Shown in pieces: positions 45,801 through 54,332 of a stretch of DNA of 64,000 nt (the stretch's first letter is position 1; each line of letters starts with the position of its first letter). The stretch comes from Pseudomonadota bacterium. Lineage in GTDB: Bacteria > Myxococcota_A > Polyangia > Polyangiales > Polyangiaceae. The DNA lies in assembly GCA_023418705.1 (NCBI GenBank), contig JAEZYZ010000062.1, positions 17,875 through 81,874 of the forward strand. Reading direction: 5' to 3'. Both the position numbers and the translations under genes were made by a program. The notes below the pieces were generated by a model. It was not told the DNA's origin. It worked only from the letters and a program-made list of their open reading frames with translations, and did not search any database.

Positions 45801-47033
45801 GTGCCACCATGCGTCACCGTGAGCGCTGAACACGCGGACGTGGCCGTCATCGGCGCGGGCATCGTGGGGCTCGCGACAGCCTTTCAGCTGCTGCGGCGCG
45901 AGCCAGCGCTATCGGTGCTCGTGGTGGAGAAGGAGCCCGCGGTTGCTCGGCACCAGACCGGGCGCAACTCCGGTGTCCTCCACTCCGGTGTCTACTACGC
46001 GCCCGGTTCACTCAAGGCGCGCAACTGTCGTGAAGGCAAGCAGCGGATGGAGGACTTCTGCCGCGCAGAGGGCATCCCGTTCGAGCTCTCCGGCAAGGTC
46101 ATCGTGGCCACCGCCGAATCGGAGCTGCCGCGTCTGGCGGAGCTCGCGCGCCGCGGGCGAGCCAACGGCGTCGCCGTGGAGCTCATCGGTGCCGACGCCC
46201 TGCGGCGGCTCGAACCCCACGCCGCGGGCCTGCAGGCGCTGCACGTGCCGGAGGCGGGCGTGGTCGACTTTGCGAGAGTGGCGCGGCGGCTGGCGGAGCG
46301 CATCGCCGAGCGGCCCGGTTGCGGCGTGCGCCTTGGCGCCAAGGTGGAAGGCCTCGAGGTGAGGGGAGGCCACGCCACGTTGACCACTTCAGCCGGCCGT
46401 TTCGAAGCGGGCTACCTCGTCAACTGCGCTGGTGTTTACGCCGATCGCGTCGCGCGCCTCACCGGCCGCGAGCCGCCCGCCCGCATTGTTCCCTTTCGCG
46501 GTGAGTACTACCGGCTGCGTCGGGAGGCGTCGTCGCTCGTCCGCCATCTGATCTACCCCGTGCCCGACCCGGCGTTTCCGTTCTTGGGTGTTCACCTGAC
46601 GCGCCGGATCGACGGCAGCGTCGAGTGCGGGCCAAACGCGGTGCTCGCCCTGGGCCGCCAAGCGTACGCGCGGCGCCAGATCGATCGCCAGGACCTGCTC
46701 GAGCTGGCGCGGGACGCCGGCTTTCGGCGCTTCGCGCGGCATCATTGGAAGACCGGGCTCTTCGAGCTCGGGCGATCTTACAGCAAGCGTGTGTTCGCCC
46801 GCGCTTTGCAGCGCCTCGTGCCCGCCGTCCGTCCCGAGCACCTCGAACCGGCGCCCGCCGGCATCCGCGCCCAGGCCCTCGCCCCCGACGGCACCCTCGT
46901 CGACGACTTCCTGTTCGACGAGGATGAGCGGATCCTCAACCTGTGCAACGCGCCGTCCCCGGCGGCGACGGCGTCGTTGAACATCGGGAGGGTGATCGCG
47001 GAGCGGGTGCTCGGGCGGGTCTTGGTGAGGTGA
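45801..47033 (+). CDS. lhgO: L-2-hydroxyglutarate oxidase-type FAD oxidoreductase
   Basis: DVAVIGAGIVGLA, VVEKEPAVARHQTGRNSGVLHSGVYYAPGSLKA, then a DAO-family body. The start is uncertain (GTG at 45801 or GTG at 45819). Confidence 0.8.
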   Translation: MPPCVTVSAEHADVAVIGAGIVGLATAFQLLRREPALSVLVVEKEPAVARHQTGRNSGVLHSGVYYAPGSLKARNCREGKQRMEDFCRAEGIPFELSGKVIVATAESELPRLAELARRGRANGVAVELIGADALRRLEPHAAGLQALHVPEAGVVDFARVARRLAERIAERPGCGVRLGAKVEGLEVRGGHATLTTSAGRFEAGYLVNCAGVYADRVARLTGREPPARIVPFRGEYYRLRREASSLVRHLIYPVPDPAFPFLGVHLTRRIDGSVECGPNAVLALGRQAYARRQIDRQDLLELARDAGFRRFARHHWKTGLFELGRSYSKRVFARALQRLVPAVRPEHLEPAPAGIRAQALAPDGTLVDDFLFDEDERILNLCNAPSPAATASLNIGRVIAERVLGRVLVR

Positions 47034-47040
47034 GCTTCGC

Positions 47041-47126
47041 CTAGAGCGACAAACGGTTTGCGGAGCAAGCCGTTTGTCGCGGAAAATGAGACCATCTAGA
47101 TCTAGAGTCGGCTCGTCGGTGTCTAG
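47041..47126 (+). mobile_element. CTAG-bounded hairpin element, copy B (internally deleted)
   Basis: CTAGAGCGACAAACGGtTTGCggaGCAAgCCGTTTGTCGCGGAAAATGAGACCATCTAG followed by ATCTAGAGTCGGCTCGTCGGTGTCTAG. It starts 8 nt after the lhgO stop and lies 45 nt from the truncated GNAT gene. Confidence 0.6.
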
Positions 47127-47170
47127 GATCCCGGGTCGCGGGCAAGTGGCGTTTGCGGGCGCACGGCCGC

Positions 47171-47479
47171 TCAATGCCCGATTTCCTTGGCTCGCTTGAT
47201 GGCCTGGATCGGAGGCCACATCGGCGTGGGAAGCGGACGCGCCCCCGACTGGCCCTCAAGAAGGTCGAACTGAGCCAAATCCTCGATTTCGAGGTGACGA
47301 GGTGCCACGGTGGCGAAGCCAAGGACGGGATCGCCGTCCACGGCGACGTAGGTGACGCCGAGGTAATGCCGAAACTGATTCTGGCCAGCGTACCGATGGA
47401 AGAAGCGGTCGAGCGCTTCGTCGCCAGATTGGAAGGCCGAGCGATCGTCGTTCGGGCGGAGCGCCCTAATCTCCATCAC
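47171..47479 (-). pseudogene. GNAT-type acetyltransferase toxin (TacT-like), C-terminally truncated
   Basis: MEIRALRPNDDRSAFQSGDEALDRFFHRYAGQNQFRHYLGVTYVAVDGDPVLGFATV matches the N-terminal half of GNAT toxins paired with RHH antitoxins. The ORF stops at 102 aa, before the acetyl-CoA-binding Q/RxxGxG region. From memory the family is about 160-175 aa. Confidence 0.5.
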
Positions 47480-47681
47480 GCATCAGTTCGCGCAACGCGG
47501 GTGTCGGCTCGGTAGCCTCGGCATTGCGGAGCATCGTTTCGCCGGTCTTTCGAGAGACGACGATGCGCGGGTGGATGATGTACTCGGCCGGTATCTCGTC
47601 GAGCGCCTGCAAGTGGTGCAGGAGCACTTGCTCGATCAGATGCCCTTTCTTGACCCCGGTCTGACGGACGTGCCTCTCCAT
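47466..47681 (-). CDS. ribbon-helix-helix antitoxin-like protein (N-terminus uncertain or degraded)
   Basis: 71-aa ORF overlapping the GNAT gene by 14 nt. Sequence: ...ELMERHVRQTGVKKGHLIEQVLLHHLQALDE. The in-frame upstream codons (RISQTTREL) look like the RHH beta-strand but have no ATG. Confidence 0.45.
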   Translation of the reverse strand: MERHVRQTGVKKGHLIEQVLLHHLQALDEIPAEYIIHPRIVVSRKTGETMLRNAEATEPTPALRELMRDGD

Positions 47682-48046
47682 CAGCTCGCGCGTCGTCTGG
47701 GAAATACGTCGCCAACTTCGGTGACGACTTCGCCCGAGCGGCGCTGTCGGACGGCAGCGATTACGACGCCGGTCGCAAAGCGTTCAAGGTCGTCAGCACG
47801 GCGATGGCGTTGACGGGCGCCGTGCTCGGCGCCCGGGCCGCGATCGCGAAGCCGAAGAGCAAGCGCACCATCGCGACCGACGGAAGGACTGCTCGGGGAT
47901 GTGCTCGGAGGCGGCCGTCCGGCAGTGCCGGCGGGAGGCTCGACGTCGTTACCAGCTACCAGCAGAGCGAGGAGGGACTTGTCGACCATCGGGCCCGTAA
48001 TCGGGAGTGGCGCGCGAGGCGGCGCGAGCAGGCAATGCCGGTGTGA

Positions 48047-49453
48047 TCACTCAGCGGCGGCCGAGGGTCGCGCCAGCCCGTGCTCTCTCACCTGCGCGGC
48101 GACTTCTCCCATCAGCTGCTCGATATCCTCCATTGCGTTGTGCAGCGAGACGGTGAAGCGTAGGCCTGCGTGGTTGCGTGGTACGGCCGGGAACACGCTG
48201 GGGCACACGTAAAGATGCCGCTCTCGCAACGCCTGGACGACACGGAACGCGAGCTGGGAGCGCCCGCAGCGCACGAAGAAGATGGGCGTGCGGGCCCAGG
48301 TCGTCAGGGGGACGTGAAGCTCGCGCGCGAGCTCGAGCACCCGATCGATGCGGTCGGCGAGGCGCCGCTGAAGCAGAGGGAGCTCCGGGGTCTGGTGCAG
48401 CTTCGCTGAGGCCAGGGCGGCGGCGAGCATCGGCGGTTGGATGGGGCCCGAGAACAACATCGGGCCGCCGCAGCGGCGGACCCGATCGCGGAGCCGTGCG
48501 TCGGGGAACACGAGCGCCCCTCCCGCCGCCGAGAAGCACTTGTTCAGCGACAGGGCCACGACGGCTCGGCTCGTGTCGGCGAGCTGCTCGAGGGCTCGAC
48601 CGCGACCGTGCACGCCGCACCAGGAGGTCGCGTGCGCGTCATCGACATACAGGTAGAGCTGAGGGTGCTGCTCCAGCAAGGCCGAGAGCTCCTCGAAGGG
48701 AGCGAAATCTCCATGCATCGAATACAGCCCGTCGAGCACGTACCAGATCCGCCGGTGCGAGCGGGAGAGTTCGACGAGCTTGGCAGACAGGGCCGAGATC
48801 TTGCTGTGCCGGACCGGCAGCACGTGGGCCTGGTGAAGCAGGCCCGCCGCCGTGTGCAGGCTCGCGTGGGCGAACTGATCGATGACGACGGCATCACCGG
48901 GCTCGACCAGCACCGGCAGGGCCGCGATGTGCCCGAGCGTCGTCGAGGCTGAGACGACGACGGGCCTGTCGGTGATGTGCTCTAGCTCGCTCTCCAGCTC
49001 CGGGTAGAGCGAGGACGTCAAGTAGGCGCGGGAGAACGAGAACTGGGTGCCGTAGCGCCGCACGGCGTCGCTGACGGCGGCTTTCAGCTCGGGCCGGAGC
49101 TCGAGGCCGAGATAGCTGCAGCCGCCGAAGTTCAGCAGCCGCTGCGCGCCGATCTCCACATGCCTTCCCGTATATGGAGATGTCGAAATGCTCTGCCGGA
49201 TGACGCCAGCCTGCTCCGCTTCGAGCACGCTCTGCTCGATCGGATCCACGAAAGGAGCCGGATCGAGGCGACGAGCGCTCGAGTCGATCTTGGGTGTGCG
49301 CCGGGGGGGTTCGGCCGCGCCTTTCGGGGCGCCGGCGGAGGGGCTTCCGTTCAACATGCAGACCCCTTCGACCGCTCCCGGGTCGAAGTTTAGGCGTCTT
49401 GGGTCACTTGGATCCCCAGGTATGACAGCGATCATGACCTGAGGGCTGGGCAC
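48047..49453 (-). CDS. PLP-dependent alpha-oxoamine synthase family enzyme (AONS/SPT/KBL-like)
   Basis: LLNFGGCSYLGLE, GTQFSFSRAY, SASTTLGHIAALP, GDAVVIDQFAHASL, YVDDAHATSW, Schiff-base Lys in SLNKCFSAAGG. The start is uncertain (several in-frame Met). There are up to ~90 aa of extension before the conserved core. Confidence 0.85.
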   Translation of the reverse strand: MPSPQVMIAVIPGDPSDPRRLNFDPGAVEGVCMLNGSPSAGAPKGAAEPPRRTPKIDSSARRLDPAPFVDPIEQSVLEAEQAGVIRQSISTSPYTGRHVEIGAQRLLNFGGCSYLGLELRPELKAAVSDAVRRYGTQFSFSRAYLTSSLYPELESELEHITDRPVVVSASTTLGHIAALPVLVEPGDAVVIDQFAHASLHTAAGLLHQAHVLPVRHSKISALSAKLVELSRSHRRIWYVLDGLYSMHGDFAPFEELSALLEQHPQLYLYVDDAHATSWCGVHGRGRALEQLADTSRAVVALSLNKCFSAAGGALVFPDARLRDRVRRCGGPMLFSGPIQPPMLAAALASAKLHQTPELPLLQRRLADRIDRVLELARELHVPLTTWARTPIFFVRCGRSQLAFRVVQALRERHLYVCPSVFPAVPRNHAGLRFTVSLHNAMEDIEQLMGEVAAQVREHGLARPSAAAE

Positions 49454-49609
49454 GTGTCGAAGCGCGCAAAGCCTGCTTCATGAGCGTAGAGTCGACGTAG
49501 AATCTGCGTAGGTCGCCTCGCGTCGTCGCGACCCGATGCAGGATTGTTGCCTCGACGCACGTCTGGCGTACTTGTTGCTGATCGAACCGCTTCGGAGCGA
49601 CCCCCAATC

Positions 49610-50113
49610 ATGAAAACATCCCATGTGCTGTACGGCGACGATGGGGTCATCGTCGCTGAAGTTGGCGCCATCTGCGTCGTGATCTGGCGCAAGGACGTAG
49701 TCGAGCACCGGTTTCGCGAGCAGGCCACCGGTCTCGCGCAAGTGGTGCGCAACCATCGAGGAGGCGACGCGGCGTTCCTCTGCATCATCGAGTCCACGTG
49801 CAGACCGCCGGACGACCAGCTGCGGCGGGCGTCGATCGACATGGTCGCCGCCCACGACGGGGATCTGAGCTGCGTCGCTTGCGTCGTCGAAGGCTCGGGG
49901 TTCCGAGCGGCGGTGGGCCGCAGCGTGCTCTCGGGCATGTCGCTCATCTTCTCCGGACGCAAAGCGCCGGTCTCGGTGTTCGCGAGCGTGCCGTCCGCCG
50001 TCGACTGGATGAGCGAGCGTTGCCGCGTGTCGCCCGCCTTGCCCGCGACCGTGGAGCGGTTGCGGTTGCTGTTCGAGTCCAACGCAACGCAGCCATCCAA
50101 GGCGTTGCGCTGA
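49610..50113 (+). CDS. hypothetical protein, SpoIIAA/STAS-like pattern
   Basis: MKTSHVLYGDDGVIVAEVGAICVVIWRKDV...AFLCIIESTCRPPDDQLRRA...VACVVEGSGFRAAVGRSVLSGMSLIF...VFASVPSAVDWM. ATG at 49610. Confidence 0.5.
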   Translation: MKTSHVLYGDDGVIVAEVGAICVVIWRKDVVEHRFREQATGLAQVVRNHRGGDAAFLCIIESTCRPPDDQLRRASIDMVAAHDGDLSCVACVVEGSGFRAAVGRSVLSGMSLIFSGRKAPVSVFASVPSAVDWMSERCRVSPALPATVERLRLLFESNATQPSKALR

Positions 50114-50133
50114 CGTGCACCCGGAGGATCCTC

Positions 50134-51315
50134 ATGAATCGTCGTCATCTTCTCGTCCTCGCCCTCGCCCTGACCGGATGCGGAGCAGATCCGCAGGTGG
50201 AGGGAGCGGCGTCCGAAGAGCTCCGGGCCGCCTCCGCGGAGCTCATCGAGATCGGCTCCCGCTCAATCAGCTATGATTATGCCCGCCTGGATCTGTTGCC
50301 GGCCGGGGTCGCGGGTGGAAAGAAGGTCGTGTTCGTCGGCGATCCGCTCGGAGGACGGGTCGTGGCGCTCGATCGCTTCACCTCCGCGCGCATCGGCGAG
50401 CTGCCGCCGCCGCCGGACGGGTTTCTGCTGCCGTTCATCGTCCACGCGATCGGTCCGAACCGCGTCGCGGTCCTGGACGCCGGGGGCCTACCGAGCCCGG
50501 ATCCGTTCGTTCCGGCGAACCCCACGATCTACGAGTACGAGTACGGGTGTGGCGCCGGCGCTGGGCTCGCGGCCTCCCTGGTGAAGACCATCAGCTTCTC
50601 GTCGGCCTTCATCGGCTTCGCCGAGGACTTCGTGAAGCTCGCCGACGGTCGCTACGTGCTCTCCGATGCGGTCCTGGGCGGCCTGTGGATAGCGACCCCC
50701 GACGGCGACATCGAGCCCGGGATCGTGCCGGCGAGCCTCGAGCCGGAGGACCAAATTCCCGAGCTCGCCGTTTGCCCGGAGATGCCGATGATCGATGTTG
50801 GCGGGGTGCCGTTTCTGTTCTCCGGCGCCACCCTGCCGGGCGCCTCGCCGCTCGGCTTGGCCGAGCGCGCGGGCCTGCTGTACTTCTATTCGCCCTGCGC
50901 CGAGGGGTTGTACGCCGTCCCCCTCGCCGCGCTGGCGGACACGCGGGCGCCGCACGAGCGGGCGGCGGACATCCGCCTGGTCGCCGCCAAGCCTGCAGAT
51001 GTGCCCGTCGAGCAGCTGCTCGGGCTCACCTTCAACCCGTTCTCACCTTGGGACCGCTGGCTCTATGCCGCAGATTCCCTACAGCTGCGCATCATCCGTA
51101 TCGACGTAGCCACAGGTAGGCGGCAAGTCGTCGCGGACCACCCGGATCTCTTCAACTTCCCGTCGTCGCTAGCGTTCTTGCCGCCCGTGCTCGGCGTGAG
51201 CCCGCTCGCGGTCGTCTCGAACCAGCAGCATCGCCTGACCCTCACGAACGCCGCCATCAGCGAGGATCTGGCGGCGCCGCCGTTCATCATCGCGAAGGTC
51301 TTCGCGCTGCCGTGA
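50134..51315 (+). CDS. lipoprotein, possibly beta-propeller-like, unknown function
   Basis: GGAGGA 5 nt upstream of ATG 50134. MNRRHLLVLALALTGCGA lipobox. Repeated strand-like blocks (VVFVGDPLGGRVVALD, RVAVLDAGG, YVLSDAVLGGLWIATPDG, LLYFYSPCAEGLYAV, WLYAADSLQLRIIRID). Confidence 0.6.
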   Translation: MNRRHLLVLALALTGCGADPQVEGAASEELRAASAELIEIGSRSISYDYARLDLLPAGVAGGKKVVFVGDPLGGRVVALDRFTSARIGELPPPPDGFLLPFIVHAIGPNRVAVLDAGGLPSPDPFVPANPTIYEYEYGCGAGAGLAASLVKTISFSSAFIGFAEDFVKLADGRYVLSDAVLGGLWIATPDGDIEPGIVPASLEPEDQIPELAVCPEMPMIDVGGVPFLFSGATLPGASPLGLAERAGLLYFYSPCAEGLYAVPLAALADTRAPHERAADIRLVAAKPADVPVEQLLGLTFNPFSPWDRWLYAADSLQLRIIRIDVATGRRQVVADHPDLFNFPSSLAFLPPVLGVSPLAVVSNQQHRLTLTNAAISEDLAAPPFIIAKVFALP

Positions 51316-51381
51316 AGGGAGGCCTCCGCCTGCACGAAGCACGCCCGTCGGGCAGACCGCGCGCGCCCCGTGGGTGCTCGC

Positions 51382-51888
51382 TCAGCGCCAGCTCGGCTTC
51401 TTGGTGTCGATCAGCGGCCAGGTTTGGTTGATGGCCTCTTCGACCTGCCGACGCTCGCTGCGTGTCAGGCCGAGGTGCTCGTAGGCCGCCTCCACTTCCG
51501 AGCTCTGAAAGGCCCGATGTCCCTGGTTGAACAGCGCGACGCCCGCCGAGATGAAGCGCATCTTGAGGCTGTCGGAGACGACGGCGACGGGGACGGGCCC
51601 CCCGGAGAGAGCCTGCTCGAGCTTCTTGCGTTGCCTGCCGTCCGGACCCCCGCCCTCGGTGACCACCAGGACGCGGACGCGCCGGTGCTGTTCGCGGATT
51701 TCCTTCAGCATTCGGAGGCACTCTTGCCACTCGAGATCGGTTGGAGAGTCGTTGTTTTGTACGAGAATGAGAACGTCACCGACACTTCGCGTGACAAGAC
51801 GCTTACCTTCGTTGGCACTATTGCGGAAGCTCACGACATTTTCCCTGATTTGCGCGCCGCCCGCGCCCTTCGCGGACCAGCTTGGCAT
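51382..51888 (-). CDS. hypothetical protein, STAS-like pattern (distant paralog style of 49610-50113)
   Basis: 168 aa. VGDVLILVQNNDSPTDLEWQECLRMLKEI...VRVLVVTEGGGPDGRQRKKLEQAL...VAVVSDSLKMRFISAGVALFN...FQSSEVEAAYEHL. Confidence 0.5.
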   Translation of the reverse strand: MPSWSAKGAGGAQIRENVVSFRNSANEGKRLVTRSVGDVLILVQNNDSPTDLEWQECLRMLKEIREQHRRVRVLVVTEGGGPDGRQRKKLEQALSGGPVPVAVVSDSLKMRFISAGVALFNQGHRAFQSSEVEAAYEHLGLTRSERRQVEEAINQTWPLIDTKKPSWR

Positions 51889-52067
51889 TGATACCCTAGA
51901 AGGGCGCCCATGATACAGTCAAATGCGCTGACAACGGTCGTGATGCCGGCTGCCGCAGCGTTTCCGATGGGCGAACGCCCTACAGCGGGCCACCTACGCG
52001 CACTGGCCATCACCATGGGGTCGCACGGTGGACAAGCCCGCACTGGTCGAGCGCTCCACTCGGGTGA

Positions 52068-52234
52068 CTAGAGCGACAAACGGATTGCAGCGCAAACCGT
52101 TTGTCGCGAAAGGAGACCATCCAGCGCACCGGGCCGTGAGCGCGCAGCGGGAATCTCGATGCGTCGGGGCCCTCACCCAAGAGGGGTCGCCGATTCACCG
52201 GAATTTCGGTCTGGCAGACGGAGCGGCGCTCTAC
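52068..52234 (+). mobile_element. CTAG-bounded hairpin element, copy C (full length, diverged)
   Basis: CTAGAGCGACAAACGGaTTGCagcGCAAaCCGTTTGTCGCGAAAGGAGACCATCCAG, then about 110 nt collinear with copy A (GCACCGGGCCGTGAGC, TCGGGGCCCTCACC, CTGGCAGACGGAGCGGCGCTCTAC). The last 4 nt overlap the stop codon of the di-iron enzyme gene. Confidence 0.55.
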
Positions 52235-52983
52235 TCGGCAGGCGGCGCCGCGGCTGCAGGACCCGCGACCTTGCCGGGTCGGTCAGCCGGGAACCCTTTC
52301 TTCGAGACCGCTAGCTCGAAGGTTTCGTCGACGAAGCCCTGGAAGCGGGCGAAAACGTCGTCGACGATCGCGCAGAGCCGCTGGCACTTCGCATCGTCGA
52401 GCGCCACTCGCAGCAGGGAGCTGTGAACGTCGTCCTGTTCGACGGTGTGCTGCCGCTCCGTGTCGAGGTGATGCCCACCGAAGTAGATGAGCGAGCGTCC
52501 GTTGTCCAGCTTGACCTTGTTCCCGGTGGGAACCGACGCCTCGAGTCCAACGCGGCCGGTTGCTTCGATCGCCTGGATCATGACGAGCTTTTCCAGCGAG
52601 TCCATCCCGGCGGTCATCTTGCAGATCTCGTAGGCCAGGCGGCGCGTGTTGATCGTCGAGTCGCCCCAGATGAAGCGGAGGGTATCGGTGAGCCGGAGCG
52701 ACGGATCCAGGTCGAGCTCGGTGAGGTCCTTCAAGTACCACTTCCAGTGGCTGCCCTCCTCCGAGAGGTGTGTGTTCGCCAGCACCTCATACTCGTCCTT
52801 AGGTTCATCGGTCGTCAGGAAGAAGTGATACAGGTCGGCGAACGTCATCACGAAGTGCGCGATGTGCGGGATGAACTGGAGCCGATCGCGAGGGGACAAG
52901 CTCTCGTCTTTCAGGTAGACGAAGAGCGGTCGCTGGGTAAACTCTCGGGATTTGTCCTGAATGTGATCGAAGACACGTTTCAT
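52231..52983 (-). CDS. heme-oxygenase-like fold di-iron (HDO / iron-containing redox enzyme family) protein
   Basis: ATG at 52983 preceded by GAGGAG. 250 aa, all-helical pattern. Candidate ligand motifs are FIPHIAHF, NTHLSEEGSHWKWYLKDL (ExxH), VMIQAIEATG and GGHHLDTERQH (ExxH). The track start at 53136 adds an unlikely leader. GC is visibly lower than in the flanks. Confidence 0.6.
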   Translation of the reverse strand: MKRVFDHIQDKSREFTQRPLFVYLKDESLSPRDRLQFIPHIAHFVMTFADLYHFFLTTDEPKDEYEVLANTHLSEEGSHWKWYLKDLTELDLDPSLRLTDTLRFIWGDSTINTRRLAYEICKMTAGMDSLEKLVMIQAIEATGRVGLEASVPTGNKVKLDNGRSLIYFGGHHLDTERQHTVEQDDVHSSLLRVALDDAKCQRLCAIVDDVFARFQGFVDETFELAVSKKGFPADRPGKVAGPAAAAPPAE

Positions 52984-53002
52984 CTGGATCTCCTCTTGCG
53001 GG

Positions 53003-54106
53003 TCAGGGACCTCGACGGCGGTACTTGCCCGACGCTGGTCGGCTTGGAGGGCTTGTTTCAGCACTGGTGTCGTAGAGCTGTGGGGCCAAATAGACGGTGA
53101 GGCGCGTCCCGACCCCCTTCGCACGAACCGAGCCATACGTGATGAGGCCGCGGTCTTGCGACAGGCTGCGGGTGCTGATCGCCGCGACCGCTCGCCTCAG
53201 ACGCTCCGCGTTCATGTCGTCGAGCAGGCCGGAGATGCGCTGGAGCGCCTCGTCGTCGCTTCGGACGTGGCACCGGATCGGAACGTGAACCGTGAGCTCT
53301 GGCGCCTTCGAGCCCTTGCGAAACGAGAAGCAGCTCAGGATTGGACGTGAAGCGGCCGCACGGCGCGGCCCCATCAGGTGATCGGCCGAGGCGAGAGCCT
53401 GTTCGAGCGAGCGCGTCGACGACGCAGGCGCGATCGCTCGAAGGTGGTCGATATCGTCCTGCCCAGGAACGTAGAGCTTGACCCGCGCCGACTCCGTGGT
53501 TTCCAGATCGAGCGCGAAATAGCTCGTGGAGTCCTTTATGAAAGGATGCGCCCCCTCGATGCCCAGGCGGCGCATGGCCTCGTGCAGCAGCTCCGGAGCG
53601 CGCTCTCGACCGTGCACTTGGGGGTTCAAATACACTTTGAACAAGGGCTTCGGATCGCGCAGCACGGCAGCGACCCAGAATAGGAATCGAACCGGCTCGT
53701 TGGACTTCGGTGCGAAGAGATCTCGAACGGCGTCGAAGCGATCGACGTCCACCCCACGATGATTGCGGAGACGCTGAATGAGACGAAGCCCGGCTTCCCA
53801 GCTCGACGTCGGGGTAATGGGCATGATCTGCGGCTCCAAGAGCATTCGTAGCTCTGGGCGGCCGTCATCGAAGGCGATCGAGAACTCGAAGGGGCTGCCG
53901 TCGTCGCAGATGTCGTTCGCCCACATGGGTTCTCCGCCGGTTGGCCAGAGGCCCCACGGATCACTCAGCAGGTCGAAGACGTCCTGCGCCTGGATCAGCG
54001 TGGTGTCGCTGTGGTCGATAGCTTCGCAGAGGGCGGTGAGACGTAGCAGCGCGGCGTCCCGCAATGGCGCGGAGCCGGAGCGTTTTGTCGAGGGAGGCGA
54101 CGTCAT
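53003..54106 (-). CDS. ABBA-fold aromatic prenyltransferase, DMATS (tryptophan dimethylallyltransferase) type
   Basis: 367 aa. WANDICDDGSPFEFSIAFDDGRPELRMLLEP (the DMATS DDGxPxExS pattern). Repeated basic-x-aromatic strands: LFKVYLNP, RVKLYVPG, ELTVHVP, RLTVYLAP. The size is typical of bacterial indole prenyltransferases. Confidence 0.7.
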   Translation of the reverse strand: MTSPPSTKRSGSAPLRDAALLRLTALCEAIDHSDTTLIQAQDVFDLLSDPWGLWPTGGEPMWANDICDDGSPFEFSIAFDDGRPELRMLLEPQIMPITPTSSWEAGLRLIQRLRNHRGVDVDRFDAVRDLFAPKSNEPVRFLFWVAAVLRDPKPLFKVYLNPQVHGRERAPELLHEAMRRLGIEGAHPFIKDSTSYFALDLETTESARVKLYVPGQDDIDHLRAIAPASSTRSLEQALASADHLMGPRRAAASRPILSCFSFRKGSKAPELTVHVPIRCHVRSDDEALQRISGLLDDMNAERLRRAVAAISTRSLSQDRGLITYGSVRAKGVGTRLTVYLAPQLYDTSAETSPPSRPASGKYRRRGP

Positions 54107-54332
54107 GAAAGCACCTCGGGTGACATACCTTGTGCGATGCCTGGTTTAGGAGCGCCCGATCGCGCCTTGCGCCTCAACGGCCGCACTCGAGGATTCTTAA
54201 GACGCAAAAGTACGAGGCCGCCTCATTGGCCCAGGGGCCAATGCTGCAGTCCGTACCACGCCGTGCTGCCACCGCTCATGGCCGGCGCGGTGCACGCCGG
54301 GACCGGGCGCGGCGACGCGCGTGACGACCGCT

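Noticed and set aside
47804-48046. 80-aa plus-strand ORF MALTGAVLGARAAIAKPKSKR...
   Set aside because: Its first third continues a coding-like frame that has no start upstream, so it is probably a gene fragment. The remainder is Arg-rich low complexity ending inside the stop region of the alpha-oxoamine synthase gene. It is not a credible intact gene.
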